Shown: positions 1 to 10,517 of the stretch, in pieces | Layout of the letters: the number at the start of each line of letters is the position of its first letter | Numbering within the stretch: the first letter of the stretch is position 1 | Made by a program: the position numbers and the translations under genes | Notes under the pieces: generated by a model | Told to the model about the DNA's origin: nothing | What the model saw: the letters and a program-made list of their open reading frames with translations, nothing else | The model's database searches: none | Assembly: GCA_050014195.1 (NCBI GenBank) | Contig: JBEKDT010000027.1 | Location: 1-16,195, forward strand | From: Desulfomonilia bacterium | GTDB lineage: Bacteria; Desulfobacterota; Desulfomonilia; UBA1062 | Reading direction: 5' to 3' | DNA length: 16,195 nucleotides

Positions 1-123
1 ACTCGCTACCGGCCCGCTGGCTAGGCTTTGGCCGGGCAGGACTCTCACCTGCTGGGTTCCTTCCTCGAATTTCAAAGAGACAGACCACCTCCTTTCCTTT
101 CGAGCCAAGCTTACCTGGCGCAC
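1..123 (-). mobile_element. 5' end (domain I start) of a group II intron, continuing beyond the left edge of the window
   Basis: The reverse complement from 123 reads GTGCGCCAGGTAAGCTTGGCTCGAAAGG...GCAGGTGAGAGTCCTGCCCGGCCAAAGCCTAGCCAGCGGGCCGGTAGCGAGT. It has the canonical GUGYG 5' boundary and the GCAGG-TGAGAGT-CCTGC hairpin typical of bacterial group II intron domain I. The RT ORF and domains V/VI are not in the window. Confidence 0.72.
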
Positions 124-261
124 CCAAAATGTGTACTCTGCGCGTGAGATAAAAAAGTACATATATCGTCCGGATATCTAAGGGGATCATCAAATTATCT
201 TCTGACTAAATCTATATCCATTCTTATCCCATTGAGACAATTATTTACCACACTATCGTAG

Positions 262-290
262 TTGACTTGCTACCATCCCATTCTTATTAT
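262..290 (+). promoter_or_regulatory. sigma70-type promoter for katG
   Basis: TTGACT (262-267), a 17 nt spacer, then TATTAT (285-290) in an AT-rich intergenic region. The SD AAGGAG lies just upstream of the ATG at 432. Confidence 0.6.
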
Positions 291-392
291 CTTTTTCATA
301 ATGAATATATGGGTGCGGTAAATGATTACTGCAAGTAGGCGGACTAATCCATGTTAGCTATATGGGCAGCGAAACACTATTATTCATAGTAG

Positions 393-2600
<2,208 letters not shown>

Positions 2601-2649
2601 GATAAACGTCTTCGAGGGCTTCTGAATGGGCGGCCGAAAAAACGGTCAG

Positions 2650-2704
2650 CTCCAACAGGTTCCAGCGGACGGCGTATCGCCGCCGCTGAACCGGAATGTT
2701 ATAA
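2650..2704 (+). mobile_element. degenerate integron attC site
   Basis: CTCCAAC-AG-GTTCCAGCGGAC-GGCG TAT CGCC-GCCGCTGAAC-CGGAAT-GTTATAA. It shows AAC...GTT cores, an imperfect palindrome with the unpaired extra bases typical of attC L boxes, and a short central hairpin. The left spacer is shortened to 2 nt instead of about 5. Confidence 0.65.
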
Positions 2705-2708
2705 GCAG

Positions 2709-2805
2709 ATGATGACCATGAGGCGATTCTGAATTCCGAGTGGTTAAAGAAGTATCATCGTCTTTTATAGATTTAGCCAAGGACTTTATAAATGGCCACT
2801 TATAA
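2709..2805 (+). pseudogene. internally deleted gene-cassette remnant
   Basis: An ATG at 2709 directly follows the GTTATAAG core but stops at 2732. A second frame reads EFRVVKEVSSSFIDLAKDFINGHL* with its TAA (2803-2805) inside the CTTATAAC core, the usual position of a cassette gene stop codon. Confidence 0.4.
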
Positions 2806-2844
2806 CCAGCGGCTGCACAAGGACCGACCAGCTCCGCTACGCTC
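2799..2844 (+). mobile_element. truncated attC site (left half only)
   Basis: CTTATAAC-CAGCG-GCTGCACAAGGACCG fits the R''/L'' pattern, and CTTATAAC is the exact reverse complement of GTTATAAG at 2698-2705. No right arm follows. Confidence 0.5.
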
Positions 2845-3023
2845 AACATGAGTACATATATCATCAGAAGATGGAAAAATGTGGTCCTCAGGACAGAATG
2901 ATAGGTTACTATAAGATATGACGCATTAATAAAACTGAAGATTGTTTCTGTAAATGCCTTTTTTCTCTAATCGGAAAGATGAATCTTATATAAGAAGACT
3001 GGTCATTCTTTTATGGTATCGCA

Positions 3024-3848
3024 TCAAATCTTCAGATAATCCGACCACCTCTTCATAGTAAGCCTGCCCATGAGGTTCACGGCCCTACGGGGCAGGAGCT
3101 TCATGATACCCAGGTGGAGCGCCTTGTTCTGCCAGCCCGGCACATAGAACAGCCTGCCGTTCTTGAATGCCTTATAGCCCAGCTCAACCACCTCGTCCAC
3201 GGTCTTGAATGAGATAGTGAACGGGATGAAGTCCTCCGGCACCCCTGCATCATTGATCAGGTCGGTGCGGGTAAAGGGCGGATTCAGCGTGGACACCTTT
3301 ACCTTCGACCTCCAGGGCAGGTCTCCTGCAACCCCTTCAGTCAGCGATTGGGTGAAGGCCTTTGTCGCCGCGTACAGGGCGAGTGATGGCAGGGGCTGGA
3401 ATGCCGCCACCGATGACACGTTCAGGATGGCACCGCTGTCACGCTCGATCATGGAAGGCAGGAAGAGCCGCATGAGCTTGGCATACCCCAGGCAGTTGAG
3501 CAGAACCATTTTATCAAGACGGTCCTTATTCATCTCGTCGAACTTCCCGTAGGAGCAGATCCCTGCATTGTTCACCAGCACATCCAGGCCCTGTGCCCTG
3601 GTCATGACTTCATGATGCAGGGTCTCGGGCCCTTGGTGCGCTGTAAGGTCCACACAGGTGGTCCAGGTCCGGATACCGTGGTCCGCCTCCAGTTCGGATG
3701 CCCACTTTTCAAGCTGCTCTTCCCGGGATGGCAGGTCTGTGAGAAAGAGGTGCGCCCCGTCTCGCGCAAAGCACCTTGACAGCCCCTTGCCGATGCCCAT
3801 GGATGCACCGGTGATGAGTACCTTCTTTCCTCTGAAATCAAGCTTCAT
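3024..3848 (-). CDS. classical short-chain dehydrogenase/reductase (ketoacyl-reductase/DltE-like)
   Basis: 274 aa with TGASMGIG (TGxxxGxG), VNNAG, NVSS and YAATK (YxxxK). SD GGAGG upstream. Confidence 0.92.
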   Translation of the reverse strand: MKLDFRGKKVLITGASMGIGKGLSRCFARDGAHLFLTDLPSREEQLEKWASELEADHGIRTWTTCVDLTAHQGPETLHHEVMTRAQGLDVLVNNAGICSYGKFDEMNKDRLDKMVLLNCLGYAKLMRLFLPSMIERDSGAILNVSSVAAFQPLPSLALYAATKAFTQSLTEGVAGDLPWRSKVKVSTLNPPFTRTDLINDAGVPEDFIPFTISFKTVDEVVELGYKAFKNGRLFYVPGWQNKALHLGIMKLLPRRAVNLMGRLTMKRWSDYLKI

Positions 3849-3859
3849 GACAGACCTCC

Positions 3860-4849
3860 TTATCTACTTCGAAAGGCATTGGATATACGGGAAATCAGGG
3901 TGGCCTTGTTCTCCTTCACATATCTCGCAAAGTCCTCAAAGGCCTCACGCGTGGTGTACTTAAAGGTATAACCAAGTTCACGCTTGAGCTTGTCATTGCT
4001 CGCGATCCACGGGTAAACAAGCATCGTGAGCCCTGCACTCGGGAATTCGGTCATGAAATTAACCCGCCCGAACCACATGAGGTTGTTCATCACGTACAGG
4101 ATGGGGTAGGGCAGTTTGAGCTGATGGTTGCCCAGGATATGAATCATCTCATCGAAGCTCATGGTTCCGTCTGCTGCAAGATTGTATGCCCCTGTCTTTT
4201 TCTCCTTGAGCAGGAGATAGATGATCTCCACGAGATCGTTCTCATGGATGAACTGGAATGGAACCGTGTTGCTCGGCAGCATCACGATCTTTTTTTTGAG
4301 ATGGCGGGCAAGGGGGTTGTCGAATCCGGGCCCCACAACGAAGCACGGCCTGACCACGGCCAGGCTGACGTCGGGGTTCTCCTGCTGAAACCGCGAGCAG
4401 ACCTCTTCGAGCTCCCGCTTGTTCTTTGCATAGGTGAAATCCGCATTACCCCGCAAAGGACTCTCTTCAGTGAGCGGCATGTCATTGTCCGGATGGAACC
4501 CGTAGGCCGTGGTGGATGAGCACTGGAGGAGCTGTGGTATGCCTGCCTTCAGGCACGATGAAAGGAAGTTCTTCGTGCCGTTTATATTAATATCCTCCAT
4601 AAGCCCCTTGTCGTGGATGGGCGGCAGGATATAGGCGGCATGGATGGCCCAGTCGATATCCCTGTCCGTGAGAAGGGGATACATGTCCGCGCGTACGTCG
4701 TGACGGATGAACGTGAGCTTGGCTGAAGGGCGTCTGGGCTTGATAATGTCGATACCGATGATCTCGATAACATCTTCCTTGCTGCCCAGATGCTCCACGA
4801 GCTTCGAGCCGAAATAGCCCGAAACCCCGGTGATGAAGACACGCTTCAC
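3860..4849 (-). CDS. NAD-dependent epimerase/dehydratase family protein (extended SDR)
   Basis: 329 aa with a GTG start and SD AAGGAGG. Motifs TGVSGYFG, IHAA, NINGT, SSTTAYG, YAKNK (YxxxK), RPCFVVGP and QFIHEND. Confidence 0.9.
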   Translation of the reverse strand: MKRVFITGVSGYFGSKLVEHLGSKEDVIEIIGIDIIKPRRPSAKLTFIRHDVRADMYPLLTDRDIDWAIHAAYILPPIHDKGLMEDININGTKNFLSSCLKAGIPQLLQCSSTTAYGFHPDNDMPLTEESPLRGNADFTYAKNKRELEEVCSRFQQENPDVSLAVVRPCFVVGPGFDNPLARHLKKKIVMLPSNTVPFQFIHENDLVEIIYLLLKEKKTGAYNLAADGTMSFDEMIHILGNHQLKLPYPILYVMNNLMWFGRVNFMTEFPSAGLTMLVYPWIASNDKLKRELGYTFKYTTREAFEDFARYVKENKATLISRISNAFRSR

Positions 4850-4870
4850 CGGATGATCCTCCTTTCAAGA

Positions 4871-4903
4871 AAGGGGGCCCTCCCCATGCTGACAGGGCCC
4901 CTT
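4871..4903 (-). terminator. GC-rich intergenic hairpin (possible partial terminator or mRNA-stabilising stem)
   Basis: GGGGCCCT (4874-4881) pairs with AGGGCCCC (4894-4901). On the minus strand it is followed by CTTTCTT and then the SD of the next gene. Confidence 0.4.
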
Positions 4904-4916
4904 AAGGATGAGGATG

Positions 4917-6155
4917 TCAAACCTTCTCGAATATATGTATGGTCATGGAGGCTTCTTCCACGCCTAGATTTCCGCCGCCGTTCTCGGTGAGCCCGATCCG
5001 GGCCCCTTCCACCTGGCGCTTTCCTGCAAGGCCTCTAAGCTGCGTGACGACCTCATGGATCTGGGCAAGGCCCGATGCCCCTATGGGGTGGCCCCTGCAC
5101 TCCAGGCCGCCGCTCGTGTTGATGGGCAGCTTGCCGCCGAGCGTTGTGGCGCCGGACTCGGCAAAGATGCCGCCATCGCCGAGCCTGCAGAAACCCATGG
5201 CCTCGGTCTGGTGGAGCTCGCCGTATGAGGTGGCATCGTGGAGCTCGGCCAGGTGGATGTCCTTGGGACCAATGCCGGCCATGTCATATGCCTGCCTTGA
5301 GAGCCGCTCGCCGATGTCTGTCCCCTCGATTTCGCGGTGCATGCCCGAGCCCAGGACCGAGGCCCTGATGCGGACAGGCCTCTTCGCTTTCAGCCTCTTG
5401 AGATACGATTCCGAGCAGAGGATGGCCGCGGCGGCGCCATCTCCCACGGGCGCGCACATGGCCCGCGTCAGGGGATATGCCACCGGCTTGTCTGCCATGA
5501 CCTCTTCTACGCTCATGGTGGTTTGGTACTGGGCCAGGGGATTCAAAGATCCATGCAGGTGGTTCTTGGAACAGATCACGGCGAGCTGCTTCTGGGTGGA
5601 GCCGTATGTGGACATGTGCCAGCGGGCGCCCATGGCATAGGCGTCCATGAAAATGCTCCTGCCTTCACCGGGGGGTGACTGGCCGTCCGGCATTTTCACC
5701 GTGAACCGCTTGCTCAGTTCTTCGAACATCTTGAGGTGCGCCGCAAAGTTCTCCACGTCCATGCAGGTGGCGTATGCGCTGAGCGACAGGGCCTTGTTCT
5801 CGTGGGTGATCTTCTCGGAGCCGAGCGCGAGCACCACGTCGAACATGCCCGCCTTGATTGCCGTATAGCCAAGGTATAAGGCCGTTGATGCCCCGGCGCA
5901 GGCATTTTCGCAGTTCACGATGGGTATGCGGTCAATGCCCATGTCCCAGAGCATAACCTCGCCGCGGATGGAATGCTGGTTGGCGAACATGCCCCAGAAG
6001 GTGTTGGAAACATAGGCGGCCTGGATATCTCCCTTTTCGAGCCCGGCATCCTTGAGCACAAGATCCACGGCCTGGTGAGCCATGGTGCGCACGGTGGCAT
6101 CCGGGTATTTGTTGAACCTGATCATTCCGGTGCCGATTACGAATACATCGCTCAT
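4917..6155 (-). CDS. thiolase family protein, SCP2/nonspecific lipid-transfer type
   Basis: 412 aa with ENACAGAS (nucleophile Cys), DGAAAAIL, ELHDAT, INTSGGL and GHPIGASG. ENGGG stands in place of the C-terminal CxG motif. Confidence 0.93.
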   Translation of the reverse strand: MSDVFVIGTGMIRFNKYPDATVRTMAHQAVDLVLKDAGLEKGDIQAAYVSNTFWGMFANQHSIRGEVMLWDMGIDRIPIVNCENACAGASTALYLGYTAIKAGMFDVVLALGSEKITHENKALSLSAYATCMDVENFAAHLKMFEELSKRFTVKMPDGQSPPGEGRSIFMDAYAMGARWHMSTYGSTQKQLAVICSKNHLHGSLNPLAQYQTTMSVEEVMADKPVAYPLTRAMCAPVGDGAAAAILCSESYLKRLKAKRPVRIRASVLGSGMHREIEGTDIGERLSRQAYDMAGIGPKDIHLAELHDATSYGELHQTEAMGFCRLGDGGIFAESGATTLGGKLPINTSGGLECRGHPIGASGLAQIHEVVTQLRGLAGKRQVEGARIGLTENGGGNLGVEEASMTIHIFEKV

Positions 6156-6183
6156 ATCATGTTCTCCTTCGTGTCAGCCGTCA

Positions 6184-7416
6184 TTATTCCTCGCGCAAGA
6201 TCAGGCCTGCTGCAGCCAGGGCGAGGATGTCGTTGGAGCCGTCCTCGATCATGCCGGCCCTTGCGTCCCGGAAGATCTTCTCGATGGGGTACTCCTTGGA
6301 AAGGCCGTTCCCACCGAAGATCTGCATGGCATCGCTTGCCACCTCGAACGCCGACCTTGTTGCAAACACCTTGGCCGCGATGGAATACTCGGTCTTGGGT
6401 GGTGTTGTGGAGAGGTTGAAGATCAATGCCGCCCTTGAGTAGGCCCGGGCGAGCTCAACCTTAGAGAACATGTCGAAGAGCTTCTTCTGCACGGTCAGGT
6501 GGTCGCACAGCCTTTTTCCCCCCTGGATGCGCTCCTTGGAATAGTCAAGCGCCAGGTCATAGGCCGACTGGGCGACCCCCGTGAAGAAAGCACCCATGCC
6601 GGCATTCGCCGTGGCAAGCGTGATGTCTGTGAACATCTCATAGCTCTCATTGTCAATGATCATGTCTTCAACCGGGACTTCGGCATTGTCGAAAAAGATC
6701 TCACCCTGGGGCAGCTCCCGCTGGCCCATCTTGTTGAGCGGCTTGCCCCGGGACACACCTTTCTGCGTGAGGTCGACGAGACAGATGCCTCCGCCCGACA
6801 TGCCTAAAGATGGATCGATGTTGACGAACAGGGCGGCCTGAGTGGCAATAGTCCCATTGGACACCCAGGCCGCCTTCTGGCCGTTGAGAAGGTACTTGCC
6901 TCCCTTTTTGGTGGCCTTGACCTGCTGGGTGATCTTGGGGTTGTGGAAGTTGCCCGTGAAGGGCATGAGGATGTCCGAGCCATGATCAGGCTCGGTGATG
7001 GCCCAGCACGACATGATGCTCGCATCTTTGCAGTTCACGTACGGCAGGATGAACTTATCGATGATGTGGTCCTCTGCAATGAGTGATGCATAGAAGGCAG
7101 AGAAACAGGCAACGCCGATGGACACGGCAAATCCCACGCTGCCGTAGGCTATCTCCTCAAACACGATGTGGATGCCCAGCGGATCGACTCCAAGACCGCC
7201 GTATTCATCCGGGATGAGCACGGTGTGGTAGCCGTTCTCATACATCTTTTTCATACAGTCCCAGTAGACGGAGCCCTTGGCAATGACCTGCTCGGGCGTC
7301 ATGGTGTCGAGCTCGATTGCAGCAGGCCGCAGGACTTCCACAGCGAACTTGTGTGCATTTTCTTTGAGAGCAATGTGCTCGTCTGACATTTCAAGATTCA
7401 ACTCGGTATAGGGCAT
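6184..7416 (-). CDS. acyl-CoA dehydrogenase family flavoprotein (atypical catalytic motif)
   Basis: 410 aa with IPDEYGGLG, WAITEPDHGSD, LNGQKAWVSNG, KMGQR, YSKERIQGGK, QIFGGNG, EYPIEKIFRDAR and IEDGSN. Confidence 0.93.
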   Translation of the reverse strand: MPYTELNLEMSDEHIALKENAHKFAVEVLRPAAIELDTMTPEQVIAKGSVYWDCMKKMYENGYHTVLIPDEYGGLGVDPLGIHIVFEEIAYGSVGFAVSIGVACFSAFYASLIAEDHIIDKFILPYVNCKDASIMSCWAITEPDHGSDILMPFTGNFHNPKITQQVKATKKGGKYLLNGQKAAWVSNGTIATQAALFVNIDPSLGMSGGGICLVDLTQKGVSRGKPLNKMGQRELPQGEIFFDNAEVPVEDMIIDNESYEMFTDITLATANAGMGAFFTGVAQSAYDLALDYSKERIQGGKRLCDHLTVQKKLFDMFSKVELARAYSRAALIFNLSTTPPKTEYSIAAKVFATRSAFEVASDAMQIFGGNGLSKEYPIEKIFRDARAGMIEDGSNDILALAAAGLILREE

Positions 7417-7502
7417 GGAAACCTCCTTTTTTAGTTCCGTTCATGTGTCCCTGCACTCATGGTTCTCCTGTTCATCACTTTCAACACAGGATGGGCAAAC
7501 AC

Positions 7503-9116
7503 TCACTTGTAGTCGTCATATGAGTAAATCGCCCCGATCTTGTTCAAGAAATCCTCCCGCAGCTTCCTGTCCAGCGCCTTCTCAGAGATCGTCTTGGGGA
7601 TCTCGGATACAATCTGGAGATAGGATGGGATGAAGTTCGCCTCGAGGCTTTTCCTGCACGTTTCAAAGATGTCCTTCGGATCGATGGGCTTCCCTTCAAA
7701 GGAAGCGATGGCTGCCACCAGGTCGCTCTCGCCGGGGGCCCCGGATGCTGCGGGGACCCCATATACACACACCTCGCTCACACCGGGATGCTCACCGATG
7801 ATGCGCTCCACATGATCCGGCTGGATGAAATCTCCCGCCCTGCGGAGCTCGGTGCCCTTCCTGAAGTCGAAGTAATACCAGCCCTCGGCATCGCGGTGCA
7901 CGATATCGCCGCTCCTGAGCCAGCCTCCTAAAGTCTTCTCCTTGGAGGCCTCGGGAAGGCCCAGGTAATCCACCTTGGTGTCTCCCCGGACCATCCTGCT
8001 GATGAGCTCACCCATCTGACCTACCGGGACCTCGTTGTCGTTCTCGTCCACCACCTTGAATTCCATGATCCCGGGTATCGGTTTTCCGAATGAGCCGACA
8101 GGTCCTTTGCCGATGGGCTTGTAGGCGAAGCCGCCTTCCACGGCGGCATACCACTCGAGGATCTTGACATTGAACCGTTTCTCGAAGGCCTCCCAGATGG
8201 CAGGAGGGGTGCCGGCGCTGATGACCATCTCCACCGGGTTGTCGGCATCGTCGGGCTTTTCCTGTTCATTAAAGATACCCCCCATCATGCCGCCTAAGAG
8301 CGAGAAAGAGGTGCATCCGTATTTTTTGCAGATATCCCAGATCCTGCTCTTGGTGAACCGCGGGCTGAAGACGGCCTTTATCCCGGCATACAGCGCAGGG
8401 AACAACGTGACGGACTGTGCGTTGCCATGGGTGAGAGACAGCCCGTTGTAGAGCACGTCGGTCTGCTTGTATTTCCAGACGAGCTGGTTGAGGATGTTGT
8501 ACACCCCGGTGCGGTTGTTCCTGATCTTCACGCCCTTGGGGTCGCCCGTGGTGCCCGAGGTATAGATGATCTGCATGGGGTGGCGCACATCAAAGACCTT
8601 CTGGTCCACCCTTTCCCACGAGTCCTTCTCAAGGGTCTCGTTCATGGCATGGAACCTTCTGTCCACGGGTATGCCATGCTCTTCCCGGTAGGCCACGGAC
8701 ACGAGCTTGACCTCGTTCAGGTCATTGATGATCTCACCGAGTGGTTCCAGACACTCGTCCGAGATGATGGCGGCCTTGGCCCCGGAGTTCTTGAAGAAGA
8801 ATTTCAGCCGCTCCCCCCGGGACCTGGGATCGATGGGGATCATGATGGCCCCGATGGTGGTTCCTGCCAGGAGCGCGTACACGAACTCCGGTTCGTTCCG
8901 CATGAAGACCGCGAAGGTGTCGCCCTCCCCGATGCCGTTTTCCAGGAGCATCCGGGCTACCTTGTTCGAGTTGTCGTGGAGCTTGCCGTAGGTAAGGATA
9001 TCCTCCCCGTGCTCTCCCCGCTCGAAGATGTAGACCTGCCTGTCTGGCATGCTGTCCGCTTTCATTTCCACCAGGTGGGATGCAATCGCCTGGTTCAGAT
9101 GTGTTTTCGTTGACAT
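7503..9116 (-). CDS. ATP-dependent acyl-CoA ligase (AMP-binding, CaiC-like)
   Basis: 537 aa with the IYTSGTTGDPKG P-loop, WYAAVEG, GSFGKP, GWLRSGD, and C-terminal IPKTISEK (A10 Lys). Confidence 0.93.
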   Translation of the reverse strand: MSTKTHLNQAIASHLVEMKADSMPDRQVYIFERGEHGEDILTYGKLHDNSNKVARMLLENGIGEGDTFAVFMRNEPEFVYALLAGTTIGAIMIPIDPRSRGERLKFFFKNSGAKAAIISDECLEPLGEIINDLNEVKLVSVAYREEHGIPVDRRFHAMNETLEKDSWERVDQKVFDVRHPMQIIYTSGTTGDPKGVKIRNNRTGVYNILNQLVWKYKQTDVLYNGLSLTHGNAQSVTLFPALYAGIKAVFSPRFTKSRIWDICKKYGCTSFSLLGGMMGGIFNEQEKPDDADNPVEMVISAGTPPAIWEAFEKRFNVKILEWYAAVEGGFAYKPIGKGPVGSFGKPIPGIMEFKVVDENDNEVPVGQMGELISRMVRGDTKVDYLGLPEASKEKTLGGWLRSGDIVHRDAEGWYYFDFRKGTELRRAGDFIQPDHVERIIGEHPGVSEVCVYGVPAASGAPGESDLVAAIASFEGKPIDPKDIFETCRKSLEANFIPSYLQIVSEIPKTISEKALDRKLREDFLNKIGAIYSYDDYK

Positions 9117-9134
9117 GAATACCTCCTGTTCTCC

Positions 9135-9794
9135 TTACCAGTCCTCGTCCTCGACCGCACCGATGAATCCCCTGGTGAAGGTCGGGAATTCCTTTTTAAA
9201 GGTCTGGTCCCACACGTCCTGGGTCCAGAACTTGTGCCGGTCGAAGAACGGGTCGACCTTGGCTGCGCTCACGGCAATGCTCACGATTATGTCAACATCA
9301 GGCATGATCTCCAGGGCCTTGGCCGCAAAGGCCAGGGTGGAGAACACCCTGCAGTGCAGGCCCAGCCTCCATGCCATGGCTGCAGCTGCATCGGCCGCCA
9401 TGTGGATGTTGATGTTGCGGAAGATGCAGCTCGGGCCGTTACTGGTGAGCGACTCCACCATCTCGGCCTTGTTCAGCTCGGCGCAGGTGCGGTAGCCGCA
9501 TGCCCCGCAGTTGTAGTTGAAGAGCGACTGGCGCTTGTCACCGATGAGCAGCACGGCAGCAGGTTCCTTGATGAGGTCTGCGGCGAATCTGCCGTCACGG
9601 GCCGCCAGGGGGGACATGTCACCCAGCGAGAAGCAGTATTCGGCCAGCTGCTCGATCTCCTCATTGGTTATCTTGATGAGTTTCATGGTATTGCGCTTGC
9701 CGAACTTGAAGCTCGTTTGCGCCGCCAGGGCCATCATTTCCACGGCCCTGTCGAGGCCGGCCTGTAACATGTCATCCATTTCTCTGATAGCCAT
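9135..9794 (-). CDS. DUF2148-like ferredoxin-domain (Fe-S) protein, copy 2
   Basis: N-terminal helix MMALAAQTS, NCGACGYRTC plus GPSC four-Cys motif, then AADAAAAMAWRLGLHCR. Start placed at ATG 9794 (GGAGG 5 nt upstream) rather than GTG 9800. Confidence 0.75.
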   Translation of the reverse strand: MAIREMDDMLQAGLDRAVEMMALAAQTSFKFGKRNTMKLIKITNEEIEQLAEYCFSLGDMSPLAARDGRFAADLIKEPAAVLLIGDKRQSLFNYNCGACGYRTCAELNKAEMVESLTSNGPSCIFRNINIHMAADAAAAMAWRLGLHCRVFSTLAFAAKALEIMPDVDIIVSIAVSAAKVDPFFDRHKFWTQDVWDQTFKKEFPTFTRGFIGAVEDEDW

Positions 9795-9809
9795 ATCCAC
9801 CTCCCGTCC

Positions 9810-10487
9810 TTAACTGTAGATGGACCTGAACTGAGGCCAGAGCCTGCGGATGATCCGGTCGTTCATGGTCCGCTCGTTGATCTCACCGTACTTGACCGGG
9901 ATGTCCCTGAACGGGCTCTTCTCGGTCACCGATATTGCAACAGCCAGAGCGAATCCTGTCGCTTTGGGCAGGATCCCCATCCTCATGGCTGCCGCACCTG
10001 CAGACCAGTACACCCCGTAATCGATGCCTAAGTTGCGTGCCAGCGTCGCGATTCCGTCGACGGCGTATGAGATGTTCATGGCCCTGAAGGTGCACAGGGG
10101 GCCCGTGTAGGCCACACCAGGCTCCAAAGGGAGCTTGTCTTCCTTCCTGAGGTATTCGCAGGTGAGTTTGCCGCACAGGTTGCAGTTGATGTCGGACGGA
10201 TCGGTAAGGCTTCTGAGCGAGGTCACCACCAGCACCGCATCGGCGTCGCGGATCATGGCTGCATCGCGCATGAAGAATTCCCATGCCTTATTCTCAGAGC
10301 TCATCTCCTCGACTGCCTGGCAGAGGTCCTCGATGTCGCACTCATCGTCAATGATATGCACCGTGCACTCGCCGACACCACCTACCCTGGGAGAGGTGAC
10401 GGCTGATGCCAGGAGCATCCGCGCCGCGATCTGCGCCGCTTCCTTCCTGTCTTCTTCGAACTGTTTGAGGGTTCTCTCAACGCTCAT
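9810..10487 (-). CDS. DUF2148-like ferredoxin-domain (Fe-S) protein, copy 1
   Basis: 225 aa with LASAVTSPRVGG, FFMRDAAMIRDADAVLVV, NCNLCGKLTC plus GPLC four-Cys motif, YWSAGAAA and SVTEKSPF. SD AGGAGG upstream. Confidence 0.78.
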   Translation of the reverse strand: MSVERTLKQFEEDRKEAAQIAARMLLASAVTSPRVGGVGECTVHIIDDECDIEDLCQAVEEMSSENKAWEFFMRDAAMIRDADAVLVVTSLRSLTDPSDINCNLCGKLTCEYLRKEDKLPLEPGVAYTGPLCTFRAMNISYAVDGIATLARNLGIDYGVYWSAGAAAMRMGILPKATGFALAVAISVTEKSPFRDIPVKYGEINERTMNDRIIRRLWPQFRSIYS

Positions 10488-10517
10488 AGTGTATCCTCCT
10501 TATCATTTCATCTAGAA

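Noticed and set aside
100-170. Intron as an attC-targeting (IIC-attC) intron linked to the attC sites in the window
   Set aside because: The exon junction is TTTTGG|GTGCG rather than the TTGT of an attC bottom strand, and the flank has no attC structure.
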